A DNA stretch of 64,000 bases from Steroidobacteraceae bacterium (GTDB lineage Bacteria; Pseudomonadota; Gammaproteobacteria; Steroidobacterales; Steroidobacteraceae). This document shows positions 27,620-37,233 of this stretch, in pieces. Below the pieces are notes generated by a model that saw only the letters and a list, made by a program, of their open reading frames with translations, searched no databases and was not told the origin of the DNA. The translations under genes were made by a program, and so were the position numbers. The DNA is taken from positions 34,934-98,933 of the forward strand of contig JABAQN010000009.1 in the NCBI GenBank assembly GCA_019187495.1, given 5' to 3'. Positions within the stretch are counted from its first letter, which is position 1, and each line of letters opens with the position of its first letter.

Positions 27620-28755
27620 CGCGGACGTCTGCGCGCGCGGAGATTCGGGATTTCAGCCAGCTGCTGCTGCGCTTGCACGAAGGCGCGGCCGACCCGGGAC
27701 GCTGGCGCGAGTTCCTCGAACTCATCGGGCGACGCCTGCGGGCGAACTATGCGACGCTGGTGCTGCGCTCACCTGCTCTCGGTGAAAGCGGGTTGCTTTA
27801 CACATGGGGAGCAGGCACCGAGGGTACGGCGGCGTACACAGGGCACTACTACGCGCTCGATCCGTTCGTGCATCTCCCGGAGGGCCAGGTCGTGACGCTG
27901 CACGAATTCGTCGGCAGGGAACGCCTCGAGACGAGCGAGTTTTTCCGTGAATACATGCAGCCTGTCGACGCGATCTACATCCTCGGCATCGACTTGCACC
28001 AACCGGGCCAGTACTACCTCAAATTCCGCGTCTGCCGCTCCGCGCGCACCGGTGAGTTCGAGGCGGCTGCGCGGCGGTTCTGCGAATTGCTGATCCCGCA
28101 CTTGCGCACGGCCATCCGCACGCATGCCGTACTCGATCTGACACGCACCGAGCGCAGCATCTATGCGGATGCGATGACCGACCTGATGCTCGCCACGATC
28201 ATTCTCGACGAGGACGCGCGCGTCGTGCACACGAACGAACTCGCCCGGAAAGTCCTGGGTGAACGCAGGGGCATCGCTCTCGAAAATGCCGCGCTTGTCT
28301 TCGACGACCGCAGGCTTGCGCAGCGCTTCCGCGCCGCCTTCGCGCGCGCCCTCGAGGCGGGCCGGACCGGTTCATCCGGAATCGTGGAGGCCATACGCGT
28401 GCAACGAGTGCCCGCCGAAAGCCAGCTCGGCATGATCATCCGGCCGGGCTGGCCCCGCCTGCGCGAGTCGGACTCACCCATGACAGGCTCGGTCGCCGTT
28501 TTCCTGAGCACCGACACCGGCACCCGTGACGCCCCCACGGCGAGCGTGCGCGAACTGTTCGGCTTCACCGAGAAGGAGGCGCAGCTCGCCCTCTCGCTCG
28601 CCAATGGGCGCACCATCCAGGAGGCCGCTGTCGATCTCGGCATGAGCCTGCACACGGCGCGCACCCATCTGCGCGCGATCTATGCCAAGACCGGGATCGA
28701 TCGCCAGGCGAAGCTCGTGCGCGCCATCCTGCGCAGCGTGGCCGCGCTCAGCTGA
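27616..28755 (+). CDS. LuxR-family transcriptional regulator (C-terminal HTH, ~300-aa N-terminal sensor-like domain)
   Basis: C-terminus FGFTEKEAQLALSLANGRTIQEAAVDLGMSLHTARTHLRAIYAKTGIDRQAKLV. Its ATG overlaps the alpha-subunit stop (ATGA at 27616..27619). Confidence 0.88.
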   Translation: MTRTSARAEIRDFSQLLLRLHEGAADPGRWREFLELIGRRLRANYATLVLRSPALGESGLLYTWGAGTEGTAAYTGHYYALDPFVHLPEGQVVTLHEFVGRERLETSEFFREYMQPVDAIYILGIDLHQPGQYYLKFRVCRSARTGEFEAAARRFCELLIPHLRTAIRTHAVLDLTRTERSIYADAMTDLMLATIILDEDARVVHTNELARKVLGERRGIALENAALVFDDRRLAQRFRAAFARALEAGRTGSSGIVEAIRVQRVPAESQLGMIIRPGWPRLRESDSPMTGSVAVFLSTDTGTRDAPTASVRELFGFTEKEAQLALSLANGRTIQEAAVDLGMSLHTARTHLRAIYAKTGIDRQAKLVRAILRSVAALS

Positions 28756-28761
28756 GCGCGC

Positions 28762-29277
28762 TCACACGGCGACCGACATCTGCGTCACCGGCAGGCTTTC
28801 CGGCATTCCGCCGAGGCTCACGGCGCAGCGCGAAAGCGCGTGGAACGTCGTGAGCCCGATCGCCATGTGTGCGAGTTGCTCCGGCGTGAACTCGCGTCGC
28901 AGCCGCACGCCGAGCGCCGCGTCGACCTCTCCCGGCGTGCGCAGGTAGAGATCCGCGAACGCGAGCACGAGCTTCTCGCGCGCGGACAGGGCGCTCGCGG
29001 CGAAATCGTCGTCGATCTGCTCCACCTTGTCTTCGGTCAGCCCGTCGGCGAGCGCGATGTCGTAGCGCACGCTCTTGCAGAAGACGCAGTTGACGGTGCG
29101 GGCACTGCGAAGGCGCAGCATCTCCATGACCGCGGGGCCGATACTCGCCTGATGCCACATCGCAGCCTGCAGGTCGATGACCGGCTGCAAGGTCTCGGGC
29201 ACGAGGCCGAGACTGCTGTCGCGGATCACATGGCCGCTCTTGTGTTCAGGCGTTCCCGCACGCAAGCCCTCAGCCAT
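28762..29277 (-). CDS. Carboxymuconolactone decarboxylase (AhpD-like) family protein, CxxC retained
   Basis: 171-aa ORF with EMLRLRSARTVNCVFCKSV (the family motif with CxxC). It overlaps the upstream gene by 8 nt. Confidence 0.8.
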   Translation of the reverse strand: MAEGLRAGTPEHKSGHVIRDSSLGLVPETLQPVIDLQAAMWHQASIGPAVMEMLRLRSARTVNCVFCKSVRYDIALADGLTEDKVEQIDDDFAASALSAREKLVLAFADLYLRTPGEVDAALGVRLRREFTPEQLAHMAIGLTTFHALSRCAVSLGGMPESLPVTQMSVAV

Positions 29278-29764
29278 GACTGCCTCCCGGCGGCAGCAAT
29301 TCTCCGATCATCATCCCGAGCCGAATACGCCCGTCGATCACGCCCAGTGCCTCGATCAGCGCGACGAGCCCCGCATCCGAAAAGTGCGCCTTCACCGCTG
29401 CCGCCAGCTCGTCCGTGATTGCGCCGGGATCCTGGCCGTACACTTCGGCAAACTCGAGCGCCGCGCGCTCGGCGGCCGACAGCCGTGCATCGCGTGTCCA
29501 GTTGCCGCTGAGCAGGATCGCGCGCTTCCCGGCATCGAGACCCGCGCACAGCCCGGCAGGCGGCTCGACGGCCAGTTCCCGCGTCGCGCCGTGAAGCTGC
29601 GCAAGCCGCAACCGGCAGAGCTCGAGTATCTGCGCGGACACGTGTGGCTGTTGCCAGAGCGAGTGCCACAAGACTTCGTGGCGGCGCGCGAGTTCGCCGC
29701 CCGGCCGCCCCAAGGCGGCAGTCAGCGAGAAGCTGTCGAGCGGACTCGGGGAGGTGCCTGACAT
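29270..29764 (-). CDS. Carboxymuconolactone decarboxylase (AhpD-like) family protein, CxxC lost
   Basis: Internal Met MSGTSPSPLDS... The motif ELCRLRLAQLHGATRE sits where relatives carry GCxYC. The start is uncertain (29764 versus 29833). Confidence 0.65.
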   Translation of the reverse strand: MSGTSPSPLDSFSLTAALGRPGGELARRHEVLWHSLWQQPHVSAQILELCRLRLAQLHGATRELAVEPPAGLCAGLDAGKRAILLSGNWTRDARLSAAERAALEFAEVYGQDPGAITDELAAAVKAHFSDAGLVALIEALGVIDGRIRLGMMIGELLPPGGSHG

Positions 29765-29780
29765 GTCAGCCACTTCGCAA

Positions 29781-30584
29781 TCATGACGCCGCGAGCAACG
29801 CCAGCCAGTCGCGGCTGCGATCGGCATAAACAACGAAGTGCGGATTCAGGATATCCGCCTTGGCGTTGTAATCGAGCGGCTGGCCGTCGAGCCTCAGCAC
29901 GAGGCCTCCGGCCGCACACACGACCGCTTGCGCGGCTGCGGTATCCCACTCCGAAGTCGGCCCGAGACGCGGATAGATATCCGCGGCGCCTTCCGCGACC
30001 ATGCAGAACTTCAGCGAGCTGCCCACCGGCACGAGCTCGTGCGGGCCGAGTCGCGCGAGAAATGCGTCGAGCGTATCCCCGCGGTGCGACTTGCTGCCGA
30101 CGACCCGCACCGGCGAGGCCGCATGCGACTGCACGCGAAGTGGCTCGGCGGCACCCTCGTCTCGCCTGCGCCAGGCGCCTGCTCCCGACCGCCCCGAGTA
30201 CGTCGTGGCTCGCACGGGTACGTGCACCACGCCGAGCACGGGCGTGTGATCTTCGATGAGTGCGATGTTGACCGTGAACTCGCCGTTGCGCGACAGGAAC
30301 TCCTTGGTGCCATCGAGCGGATCGACCAGCCAATAGCGCTGCCAGCGGCGACGCTCCTCCCACGGCACCTCGTCGGCCGATTCCTCGGAGAGCACCGGGA
30401 TCTCGGGTGTCAGCTCATGCAGCGACTCGACGATCACGCGATGCGCGCGCAGGTCCGCGAGCGTGAGCGGGGAATCGTCGGCCTTGGTACGCGCTCCGAC
30501 ATCCTGCGAGGCGTAGACGTCGAGGATCTCGGCACCGGCGCGCCGTGCGATATCGACGACGGAATCGAGGAGTGCTGCGTTCAT
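29781..30584 (-). CDS. cysQ: 3'(2'),5'-bisphosphate nucleotidase CysQ
   Basis: [24 protein letters not shown] ... SPLTLADL ... [12 protein letters not shown] ... [18 protein letters not shown]. Its ATG overlaps the cysNC stop (ATGA). The longer 564-aa ORF in the track is an artefactual upstream extension. Confidence 0.9.
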   Translation of the reverse strand: MNAALLDSVVDIARRAGAEILDVYASQDVGARTKADDSPLTLADLRAHRVIVESLHELTPEIPVLSEESADEVPWEERRRWQRYWLVDPLDGTKEFLSRNGEFTVNIALIEDHTPVLGVVHVPVRATTYSGRSGAGAWRRRDEGAAEPLRVQSHAASPVRVVGSKSHRGDTLDAFLARLGPHELVPVGSSLKFCMVAEGAADIYPRLGPTSEWDTAAAQAVVCAAGGLVLRLDGQPLDYNAKADILNPHFVVYADRSRDWLALLAAS

Positions 30585-32488
30585 GTGGGACTCAGCATAC
30601 CCGCCTCGGTGAGGAAGGCGACGATGCGATCGGCGGCCTGCTCGGGGGAGGTGGAGGTGGTCTCGAGGTGGATCTCGGGGTGCTCGGGGGCTTCGTAGGG
30701 GGAGTCGACGCCGGTGAAGTGCTTGAGCTCCCCGCGGCGGGCCTTCTGGTACAGCCCCTTCACGTCGCGCCGCTCGGCCTCGGCGAGCGGGGTGTCGACG
30801 AACACCTCGAGGAACTCGCCGGGGGCGAGGAGCTCGCGCGCCATGCGCCGCTCGGCGCGGAACGGGGAGATGAACGAGACGAGCACGATGAGCCCGGCAT
30901 CGACCATCAGCTTCGAGACCTCGGCCACGCGGCGGATGTTCTCGACGCGGTCCTGGGCCGTGAAGCCGAGGTCCTTGTTGAGCCCGTGGCGCACGTTGTC
31001 GCCATCGAGGAGATAAGTGTGCCGGCCCATCGAGAGGAGCCGCTTCTCGACGAGATTCGCGATCGTCGACTTGCCCGCACCCGACAGGCCCGTGAGCCAC
31101 AGCACGCAGGCCCGCTGCCCCTTCTGGCGCGCGCGCGTCGCCTGGTTCACATCGAGCGCCTGCCAGTGCACGTTCTGCGAGCGCCACAGCGCAAAGTGCA
31201 GCAGCCCCGCCCCGAGCGTGGCGTTGGTGAGGCGGTCGATCAGGATGAAGCCCCCGAGCGTGTGATCCTCCCCGTAGGGGGCGAACGGGATCGGCCGGTC
31301 GAGCTTGAGCTCGCACACCCCGATGTCGTTCAGCTCGAGTGTCTCGGCCGCCAGGTGCTCGAGCGTGTTGACGTTGATCTTGTACTTCAGCGGCGCGATC
31401 GTGGCCGAGGCCGTGCGCGTGCCGATCTTGACGAGATAGTCGCGGCCCTGCAGCAGCGGGGCATCGTGCATCCACACGATCGTCGCCTCGAACTGGTCCG
31501 CCACCTGGGGCGGGGCGTCGGCCGCGCCGATCACATCGCCGCGGCTCACGTCGATCTCGCTGTCGAGCGTGAGCGTGACCGACTGGCCGGCGACCGCGCG
31601 CTCGAGGTCGCCGCCGGCCGTCACGATGCGTGCCACGCGGCTCTCACGCCCCGAGGGGGCGACGCGGATCCGATCGCCCGGGCGCACGGTGCCGCTCGCG
31701 ATCAGTCCGGCAAAGCCCCGGAACTCGTGGTTCGGGCGGTTCACCCACTGCACGGGCAGCCGAAACGGCTTGCCCGAGTCCTCCTCCCCCACCTCCACGG
31801 TCTCCAGGTGCTGCATGAGGGTGGGACCGTGGTACCAGGGCATGTTCGGGCCCGGCTCGAGGATGTTGTCGCCGTAGACGGCCGACAGCGGGATCGCGGT
31901 GATGTCGGTGAGGCCCACCTGGGCGGCGAAGTCGTGGTACTCCTGCAGGATCGTCCTGAACACGTCCTCGGCATAGCCCACGAGGTCCATCTTGTTGATC
32001 GCGAGCACGATGCGGCGGATCCCCAAGAGCGACACCAGGAAGCTGTGCCGGCGGGTCTGGGTGAGCACGCCCTTGCGCGCATCGATCAGGATCACGGCGA
32101 GATCCGCCGTCGAGGCCCCCGTCACCATGTTGCGCGTGTACTGCTCGTGCCCCGGGGTGTCGGCCACGATGAACTTGCGCCGCTCGGTCGAGAAGAACCG
32201 GTAGGCCACATCGATCGTGATGCCCTGCTCGCGCTCGGCGGCGAGCCCGTCGACCAGCAGCGCAAAGTCGATCTCCCCGCCCCGCGTGCCCACCTTCTTC
32301 GAGTCCGCCTCGAGCGCGGCGAACTGGTCCTCGAACACCATCTTCGACTCGTACAGCAGCCGCCCGATCAGCGTCGACTTGCCGTCGTCCACCGACCCGC
32401 AGGTGATGAAGCGCAGCAGGCTCTTGTGCTCGTGCGCCGTAAGGTACCCCTCGATGTCGCGCGCGATCAGTTCGGATTTGTGTGACAT
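30581..32488 (-). CDS. cysNC: Bifunctional sulfate adenylyltransferase subunit 1 / adenylylsulfate kinase (CysN-CysC fusion)
   Basis: 635-aa ORF. GTPase motifs [23 protein letters not shown] and NKMD, followed by the APS-kinase P-loop [13 protein letters not shown]. Confidence 0.95.
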   Translation of the reverse strand: MSHKSELIARDIEGYLTAHEHKSLLRFITCGSVDDGKSTLIGRLLYESKMVFEDQFAALEADSKKVGTRGGEIDFALLVDGLAAEREQGITIDVAYRFFSTERRKFIVADTPGHEQYTRNMVTGASTADLAVILIDARKGVLTQTRRHSFLVSLLGIRRIVLAINKMDLVGYAEDVFRTILQEYHDFAAQVGLTDITAIPLSAVYGDNILEPGPNMPWYHGPTLMQHLETVEVGEEDSGKPFRLPVQWVNRPNHEFRGFAGLIASGTVRPGDRIRVAPSGRESRVARIVTAGGDLERAVAGQSVTLTLDSEIDVSRGDVIGAADAPPQVADQFEATIVWMHDAPLLQGRDYLVKIGTRTASATIAPLKYKINVNTLEHLAAETLELNDIGVCELKLDRPIPFAPYGEDHTLGGFILIDRLTNATLGAGLLHFALWRSQNVHWQALDVNQATRARQKGQRACVLWLTGLSGAGKSTIANLVEKRLLSMGRHTYLLDGDNVRHGLNKDLGFTAQDRVENIRRVAEVSKLMVDAGLIVLVSFISPFRAERRMARELLAPGEFLEVFVDTPLAEAERRDVKGLYQKARRGELKHFTGVDSPYEAPEHPEIHLETTSTSPEQAADRIVAFLTEAGMLSPT

Positions 32489-33441
32489 CAGAAGTAGCCC
32501 TCCTGCTTCTTCTTCTCCATCGAGCCGGCGGCATCGTGGTCGATGAGGCGCCCCTGGCGCTCCGAGGTCGTCGTGAGCAGCATCTCCTGGATGATCTTCG
32601 GCAGCGTGTCCGCCTCGCTCTCGATCGCCCCGGTCAGCGGGTAGCAGCCGAGCGTGCGAAAGCGCACGGTCTTCATCTCGGGCTTCTCCCCCGCCTTCAA
32701 CGGCAGCCGCTCATCGTCCACCATGATCAGCATCCCGTCGCGCTCCACCACCGGGCGCGGGGCGGCAAGATACAGCGGCACGATCGGGATGCCCTCGAGG
32801 TAGATGTACTGCCACACATCGAGCTCGGTCCAGTTCGAGATCGGGAACACCCGGATGCTCTCCCCTTTCCCCTTGCGCGTGTTGTACAGGTTCCAGAGCT
32901 CGGGGCGCTGGTTCTTCGGATCCCAGCGGTGCGCGGCCGAGCGGAACGAGAACACCCGCTCCTTCGCCCGCGACTTCTCCTCGTCCCGCCGCGCCCCGCC
33001 AAAGGCGGCATCGAAGCCGTATTTATCCAGCGCCTGCTTCAGCCCCTGCGTCTTCATCACGTCCGTGTGCACCTGCGAGCCGTGCGTGATCGGGCCGATC
33101 CCCTGCGCCAGGCCCTCCGGATTGACATGCACCAGCAGCTCCATGCCGCTCTCGCGCGCCATGCGGTCGCGAAACGCGTACATCGCCTTGAACTTCCACG
33201 TCGTGTCCACGTGCAACAGCGGAAACGGCGGCGGCGCGGGGTAAAACGCCTTGCGCGCCAGGTGCAGCAGCACCGAGGAGTCCTTGCCGATCGAGTACAG
33301 CATCACCGGCTTGTCGCACTCGGCCACCACTTCGCGAAAGATCTGGATGCTCTCCGCCTCGAGGCGCTGGAGGTGCGTGAGCACATCCGCACGTGCATGC
33401 TGGGTGGAAGAGGTGGTGGTAGCCGAAGCGACTCGATTCAT
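32488..33441 (-). CDS. cysD: Sulfate adenylyltransferase subunit 2 CysD
   Basis: 317-aa ORF with [18 protein letters not shown] (PP-loop) and a typical CysD C-terminus ...[10 protein letters not shown]. Its stop overlaps the cysNC start by 1 nt (TGATG). Confidence 0.95.
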   Translation of the reverse strand: MNRVASATTTSSTQHARADVLTHLQRLEAESIQIFREVVAECDKPVMLYSIGKDSSVLLHLARKAFYPAPPPFPLLHVDTTWKFKAMYAFRDRMARESGMELLVHVNPEGLAQGIGPITHGSQVHTDVMKTQGLKQALDKYGFDAAFGGARRDEEKSRAKERVFSFRSAAHRWDPKNQRPELWNLYNTRKGKGESIRVFPISNWTELDVWQYIYLEGIPIVPLYLAAPRPVVERDGMLIMVDDERLPLKAGEKPEMKTVRFRTLGCYPLTGAIESEADTLPKIIQEMLLTTTSERQGRLIDHDAAGSMEKKKQEGYF

Positions 33442-33541
33442 GGGCGAAGGGTCTCCTTCGAGAGCGACAACTTGACAACCGCGGGGGCAGAGTCTATCGA
33501 GTATTCAACGCCCGCCCATCGTCCGAATTGGGGAGTCGACC

Positions 33542-33979
33542 ATGCATCGCACCGCTCGATCGTACAGCGCGGCAGCCGCCGCATTGGCATCACTGCTGAC
33601 TTGCCCACTGGTCGCCATCGTGCACGCCGACGAGGCGCACACTCCGCCGCCGGCAACGGTCGTGTCCCTGATGACCCGGGACCTCGCCAACGCACCCGGC
33701 AAGGAAGCCGTGATGCTCACGGTGGAGTATCCCCCCGGCGGCGCCTCCCCGGCGCACCGGCACGACGCCGAAGTATTCGTGTATGTGCTCGAAGGCAGCC
33801 TGACCATGCAGGTGGACGGCCAGCCGGCCGTCACGCTCACGGCCGGGCAGACCTTTCACGAGGCGCCGGGCGACGTACATCGTCTGTCCGCCAATGCGAG
33901 CCGGACCCAACCCGTGAAATTCCTGGTGTTCATGGTGAAGGACAAGGACAAGCCCGTCACCCTGCCCGTGACGCCCTGA
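33542..33979 (+). CDS. Secreted cupin-domain protein
   Basis: 145-aa ORF with signal-like AAAALASLLTCPLVAIVHA and the cupin motifs GGASPAHRHDAEVFVYVLEG ... GDVH. Confidence 0.8.
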   Translation: MHRTARSYSAAAAALASLLTCPLVAIVHADEAHTPPPATVVSLMTRDLANAPGKEAVMLTVEYPPGGASPAHRHDAEVFVYVLEGSLTMQVDGQPAVTLTAGQTFHEAPGDVHRLSANASRTQPVKFLVFMVKDKDKPVTLPVTP

Positions 33980-34010
33980 CACGACCGCCGCCGAGGCGCC
34001 AGCCTCGCAC

Positions 34011-35468
34011 TCACTTCATCATTCGATCGATCACCGAACGGTAGCGTTTGCCGAAGGGCGGCCGCATGCCGAAGAGATCGGTGAGGTTGATTCTCGATTG
34101 CACGTAGACGGCGCGCGCGTGCGAGAAGCGCTTGAATCCTTCGTACCCATGGTAGGCGCCCATGCCGCTCGGGCCGACGCCACCGAAGGGCAGATCCTCG
34201 CACCCCGAGTGCGCGGCGATGTCGTTGACGGTCACGCCGCCGGACTGCGTTCGCGCGATCACGCGCTCGAGTTCCGGTCCTCCACGTCGGCCGAAGTAGT
34301 ACAGCGCGAGCGGATGATCCCGGCCATTGATGTAGTCGATCACCTCGTCGATGTCGCGGTAGGTTCGAATCGGCAGCAGCGGCCCGAATATTTCCTCGCG
34401 CATGATCGGCTGGTCATCGGCCGGATTGATGACCAGCGTGGGCGGCAGCTTGCGCGCGGGCGATCCGCGAAACGATTCGTTCGCCGGATTCAGCTCGATG
34501 ACCTCGGTGCCCGCGGCGGCGGCGGCGTCCCGGTAGCCCTGCAACCGCGCCAGGTGGCGCCCGTTGATGATCGATGTGTAGTCCGGATTGTCGAGGAGGC
34601 GCGGATACATGCGTCCCACGGCGGCGCGCAGTGCCTCCACGGTGTCGCGCAACCGCTCCTCGGGGACGAAGAGATAGTCGGGGGCGATGCAGATCTGCCC
34701 GGCATTGCTCAGCTTGAAATCGACGATGCAGGCCGCCGCCCTGTCGAGCCCCATCGGCAGCTCGCGACTCACGATCACCGGTGACTTGCCGCCGAGTTCC
34801 AGGGTCACCGGGACCAGATGCTCGGCCGCCGCACGCATGACGTGGCGCGCGATCGTGCCGGCTCCCGTGAACATCAGATGATCGAAGGGTAGCGCCGCGA
34901 AAGCTGCGCCAATATCGAGTCCTCCGGGGAACACCGCCACTTCCTCCTCGCTGAAGTAGCGCGCGACGAGTTCGGCGAGCAGTGCGGAATTGTGCGGCGT
35001 GAACTCCGAAGGCTTGATCATGGCCCGGTTGCCGGCCGCCAGGATATCGGTGAGCGGCGTCACGGCAAGGTTTACCGGGAAATTCCACGGCGCGATCACG
35101 CCGACGACGCCGAGCGGCTGGTAGCGTATGCGGGCTCGCGCGCCGAACAGCGACGGCAGGAAGGCGACCTTGCGTCGCTCGTCCCGCATCCACACGGAGA
35201 GGTGCTTCTGCGCGTAGCGGATCGCGGAGACCGGGTAGGCGATCTCCGTCATCGCGGCGTTCTGGATCGAACGCTCCCCGAAATCCGCGCGCAGCGACTC
35301 GCAGAGCGCGCGCTCATTCTCCTTCAGCAGCGAGGCGAGTCGCTCGAGGCGATCGATGCGCGTGCGCAGGTCGGGCGCCCCCTGCGCACGCTGCGCGGCT
35401 TTCTGCCGCTCGAGCGTTCGGCGCAATCGGTCGGCGGAATCGACTTCGTTGCCGCGTGCATCGATCAC
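34011..35468 (-). CDS. NAD(P)-dependent aldehyde dehydrogenase (ALDH3 / coniferyl-aldehyde dehydrogenase-like)
   Basis: GVIAPWNFP, ELGGKSP and catalytic Cys in NAGQICIAPDY. Proposed GTG start at 35468 overlaps the chaperone stop (GTGA). The 665-aa ORF in the track is an upstream extension through the chaperone gene. Confidence 0.88.
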   Translation of the reverse strand: MIDARGNEVDSADRLRRTLERQKAAQRAQGAPDLRTRIDRLERLASLLKENERALCESLRADFGERSIQNAAMTEIAYPVSAIRYAQKHLSVWMRDERRKVAFLPSLFGARARIRYQPLGVVGVIAPWNFPVNLAVTPLTDILAAGNRAMIKPSEFTPHNSALLAELVARYFSEEEVAVFPGGLDIGAAFAALPFDHLMFTGAGTIARHVMRAAAEHLVPVTLELGGKSPVIVSRELPMGLDRAAACIVDFKLSNAGQICIAPDYLFVPEERLRDTVEALRAAVGRMYPRLLDNPDYTSIINGRHLARLQGYRDAAAAAGTEVIELNPANESFRGSPARKLPPTLVINPADDQPIMREEIFGPLLPIRTYRDIDEVIDYINGRDHPLALYYFGRRGGPELERVIARTQSGGVTVNDIAAHSGCEDLPFGGVGPSGMGAYHGYEGFKRFSHARAVYVQSRINLTDLFGMRPPFGKRYRSVIDRMMK

Positions 35469-36154
35469 GAGGGAACGCCCTTGCGCGGGCTGCGCGAGGC
35501 GGGGCCGTGAACCGTCTCGAGCTGCTCGAGATCGGCCGCGAGACAGCGCTCGAGCAGATCGACGAGCCCGGCGTAGAACGCCATGGGCCTGCGGGCCTCT
35601 AGCTTGCCGCGCATCATCGGAATCCAGCGGCCCGGGTGGCGCGCGATGAAGTCGCGCCGCCCGAGCTGGTAGGACGAAGGATCTTCGCCCTGGTCGATCA
35701 ATTCCGCCTCGCCGTACGCGAGCACGTGCAGGAACTCGAGCTCCGCCGACAGATGATCCGGTGTGTCGCCGCCCTTGCCCGTCGGCGTGAGCCCGAAGTG
35801 CTGGTAGAAACGCAGCACTTCTTCCATCGTCGTCATCTGCGGTCCGACGTGCAGGCCGCCATAGAGCGAACACGGGGATGCCGAGGTGCCCGCATCGAAA
35901 AGCCGCGTGTACTCGGTGGCGAGGGTACCCTCGCCGTCGCCCCCGACTTCCGCGAGAGCGTGCAGGTCGATGGGGCCAGGCAGCGGGGGTTCGAGCTTGC
36001 CGAGCCATTCCTCGAAGCGCGCGGCGAGCACGCCCGCGCGGATCGCCTCGAGCAGCTCGCCGCGCGGATAACCGAATGCCTCGGAGAAGAGCGCGTAGAG
36101 GGCACTGCGCGCCGCGGCAACCCGCGCAAAGGGCAGCTGCAGCTCACCGGTCAT
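35465..36154 (-). CDS. TorD/NarJ/DmsD-family redox-enzyme maturation chaperone (delta subunit)
   Basis: Start MTGELQLPFARV, with its ATG overlapping the upstream stop (ATGA at 36151..36154). Family motifs LATEYTRLF and PDHLSAELEFLHVL. Confidence 0.82.
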   Translation of the reverse strand: MTGELQLPFARVAAARSALYALFSEAFGYPRGELLEAIRAGVLAARFEEWLGKLEPPLPGPIDLHALAEVGGDGEGTLATEYTRLFDAGTSASPCSLYGGLHVGPQMTTMEEVLRFYQHFGLTPTGKGGDTPDHLSAELEFLHVLAYGEAELIDQGEDPSSYQLGRRDFIARHPGRWIPMMRGKLEARRPMAFYAGLVDLLERCLAADLEQLETVHGPASRSPRKGVPS

Positions 36155-37233
36155 CCCGCCACCCGTACGACACGCGTTTCGATGGCCGGCACTGGAAGGC
36201 TCGTGCGCGACCAGCGCAACATCATCATCCCCTCGGCGTGCCCGCACGTATCGATCCAGTTCGGCGCTCCGGGGTTGCGATCCGAGAGGATGATCCTCAC
36301 GGACCCATCGGCCTCGCGCACAGCGGTGTGGTTGTTGACATGCGAGCGGCCCGACGGCCAGGAAAGCGGCTCGAACCAGTAGTTCGTGACATCCACCCCC
36401 CAGTACGGCACATCGGCGGGCGCAAAGCGAATCTCGAGCGCTTCGCCTGCTGCCAGCCGAAAGTGCCCCGAGGCGAAACGATGACCGGTCGGCATTTCCG
36501 GCGACGGTTCCTTTTCCACGAACGGAATCACCCGATTCGGCGGCGCCAGCCGAGCCTGATCGACGATGGCCGCCCAGATCGCGGCGGAACGCGCGACATA
36601 GCCGGCGGTGCGCGGCAGCGCGGCCACGACCTGCGCGAGCGTGACATTCGGTCGTTCGCCTTCGACACCGCGTTCGCGCATGTGGAAGGTCGCCGAAGTC
36701 GTGCGGCTCCAGTCATGGGAATACTGGCGGATGAAAATGCAGTTCGCCTCGGGCGTGGTGCGGATCCAGTTTCCCGCCTGTCGTTCGGGCGAAAGCACGA
36801 TTTCGTAGCGGCCTGCGCCGTCGACCTGCAACTCCCGCTCGGTGAGGGCGCCCACTTGCGCGCTGTGCGCATCGAGCCCGATCTTGCCGGCGTAAACCGT
36901 GAACTCGATGAATGGCGCCTCACCGCGCGTGCCGCTCAACACATAGGTCTTGCGCCCGTCGAGCAGCGCCTGGTGGTAGCGCGCGTCCGATGTCTCACCC
37001 TCGCCGAGAGTCGTCGGAGTGACGAGCGGATACACCTCGGGATGGCCCGTGTCGGCGTACTCGAGCGTCGCCTCGAAGCCCATGCGGATGAGTCGCACGA
37101 GCTTGCGCAGGCCTTCCGCCTGCGAGAGATCGTCGCGCGGCGTCGTCGGGCGCGCGAGCACGGCGCCCGCCGCCTTCAGCTGTTCGCAGAATTCTTCCCA
37201 GGCCTTGACGGCCGGCAGTGTGTCGCTGCTCAT
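36151..37233 (-). CDS. Conserved protein of unknown function, DUF1214-like
   Basis: 360-aa ORF. The N-terminal pattern W.EFCEQLKAAGAVL..P....LSQAEGLRKLVRLIRMGFE ... GTRGEAPFIEF ... GNWI resembles DUF1214 proteins as I recall them. No HMM was run. ATGA overlaps on both sides. Confidence 0.6.
   Translation of the reverse strand: MSSDTLPAVKAWEEFCEQLKAAGAVLARPTTPRDDLSQAEGLRKLVRLIRMGFEATLEYADTGHPEVYPLVTPTTLGEGETSDARYHQALLDGRKTYVLSGTRGEAPFIEFTVYAGKIGLDAHSAQVGALTERELQVDGAGRYEIVLSPERQAGNWIRTTPEANCIFIRQYSHDWSRTTSATFHMRERGVEGERPNVTLAQVVAALPRTAGYVARSAAIWAAIVDQARLAPPNRVIPFVEKEPSPEMPTGHRFASGHFRLAAGEALEIRFAPADVPYWGVDVTNYWFEPLSWPSGRSHVNNHTAVREADGSVRIILSDRNPGAPNWIDTCGHAEGMMMLRWSRTSLPVPAIETRVVRVAG

Noticed and set aside
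28743-28760. 18-bp perfect palindrome (CGCGCTCAGCTGAGCGCG) over the LuxR stop codon, between convergent genes; considered as a bidirectional terminator
   Set aside because: It can only fold as a 7-bp stem with a 4-nt loop and has no flanking T/U tract. Palindromes of this kind are frequent in GC-rich DNA. It is kept only as a weak possibility.
29781-31475. 564-aa ORF suggesting a large fusion protein ending in CysQ
   Set aside because: Only the last 267 codons look like CysQ. The upstream part is an out-of-frame read through cysNC with Arg/Pro-rich sequence. The ATG at 30584 overlaps the cysNC stop as ATGA.
34011-36008. 665-aa version of the aldehyde dehydrogenase ORF
   Set aside because: The N-terminal ~180 residues are Arg-rich and overlap the TorD-like chaperone gene in another frame. 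ALDH homology starts near the GTG at 35468, which overlaps the chaperone stop.
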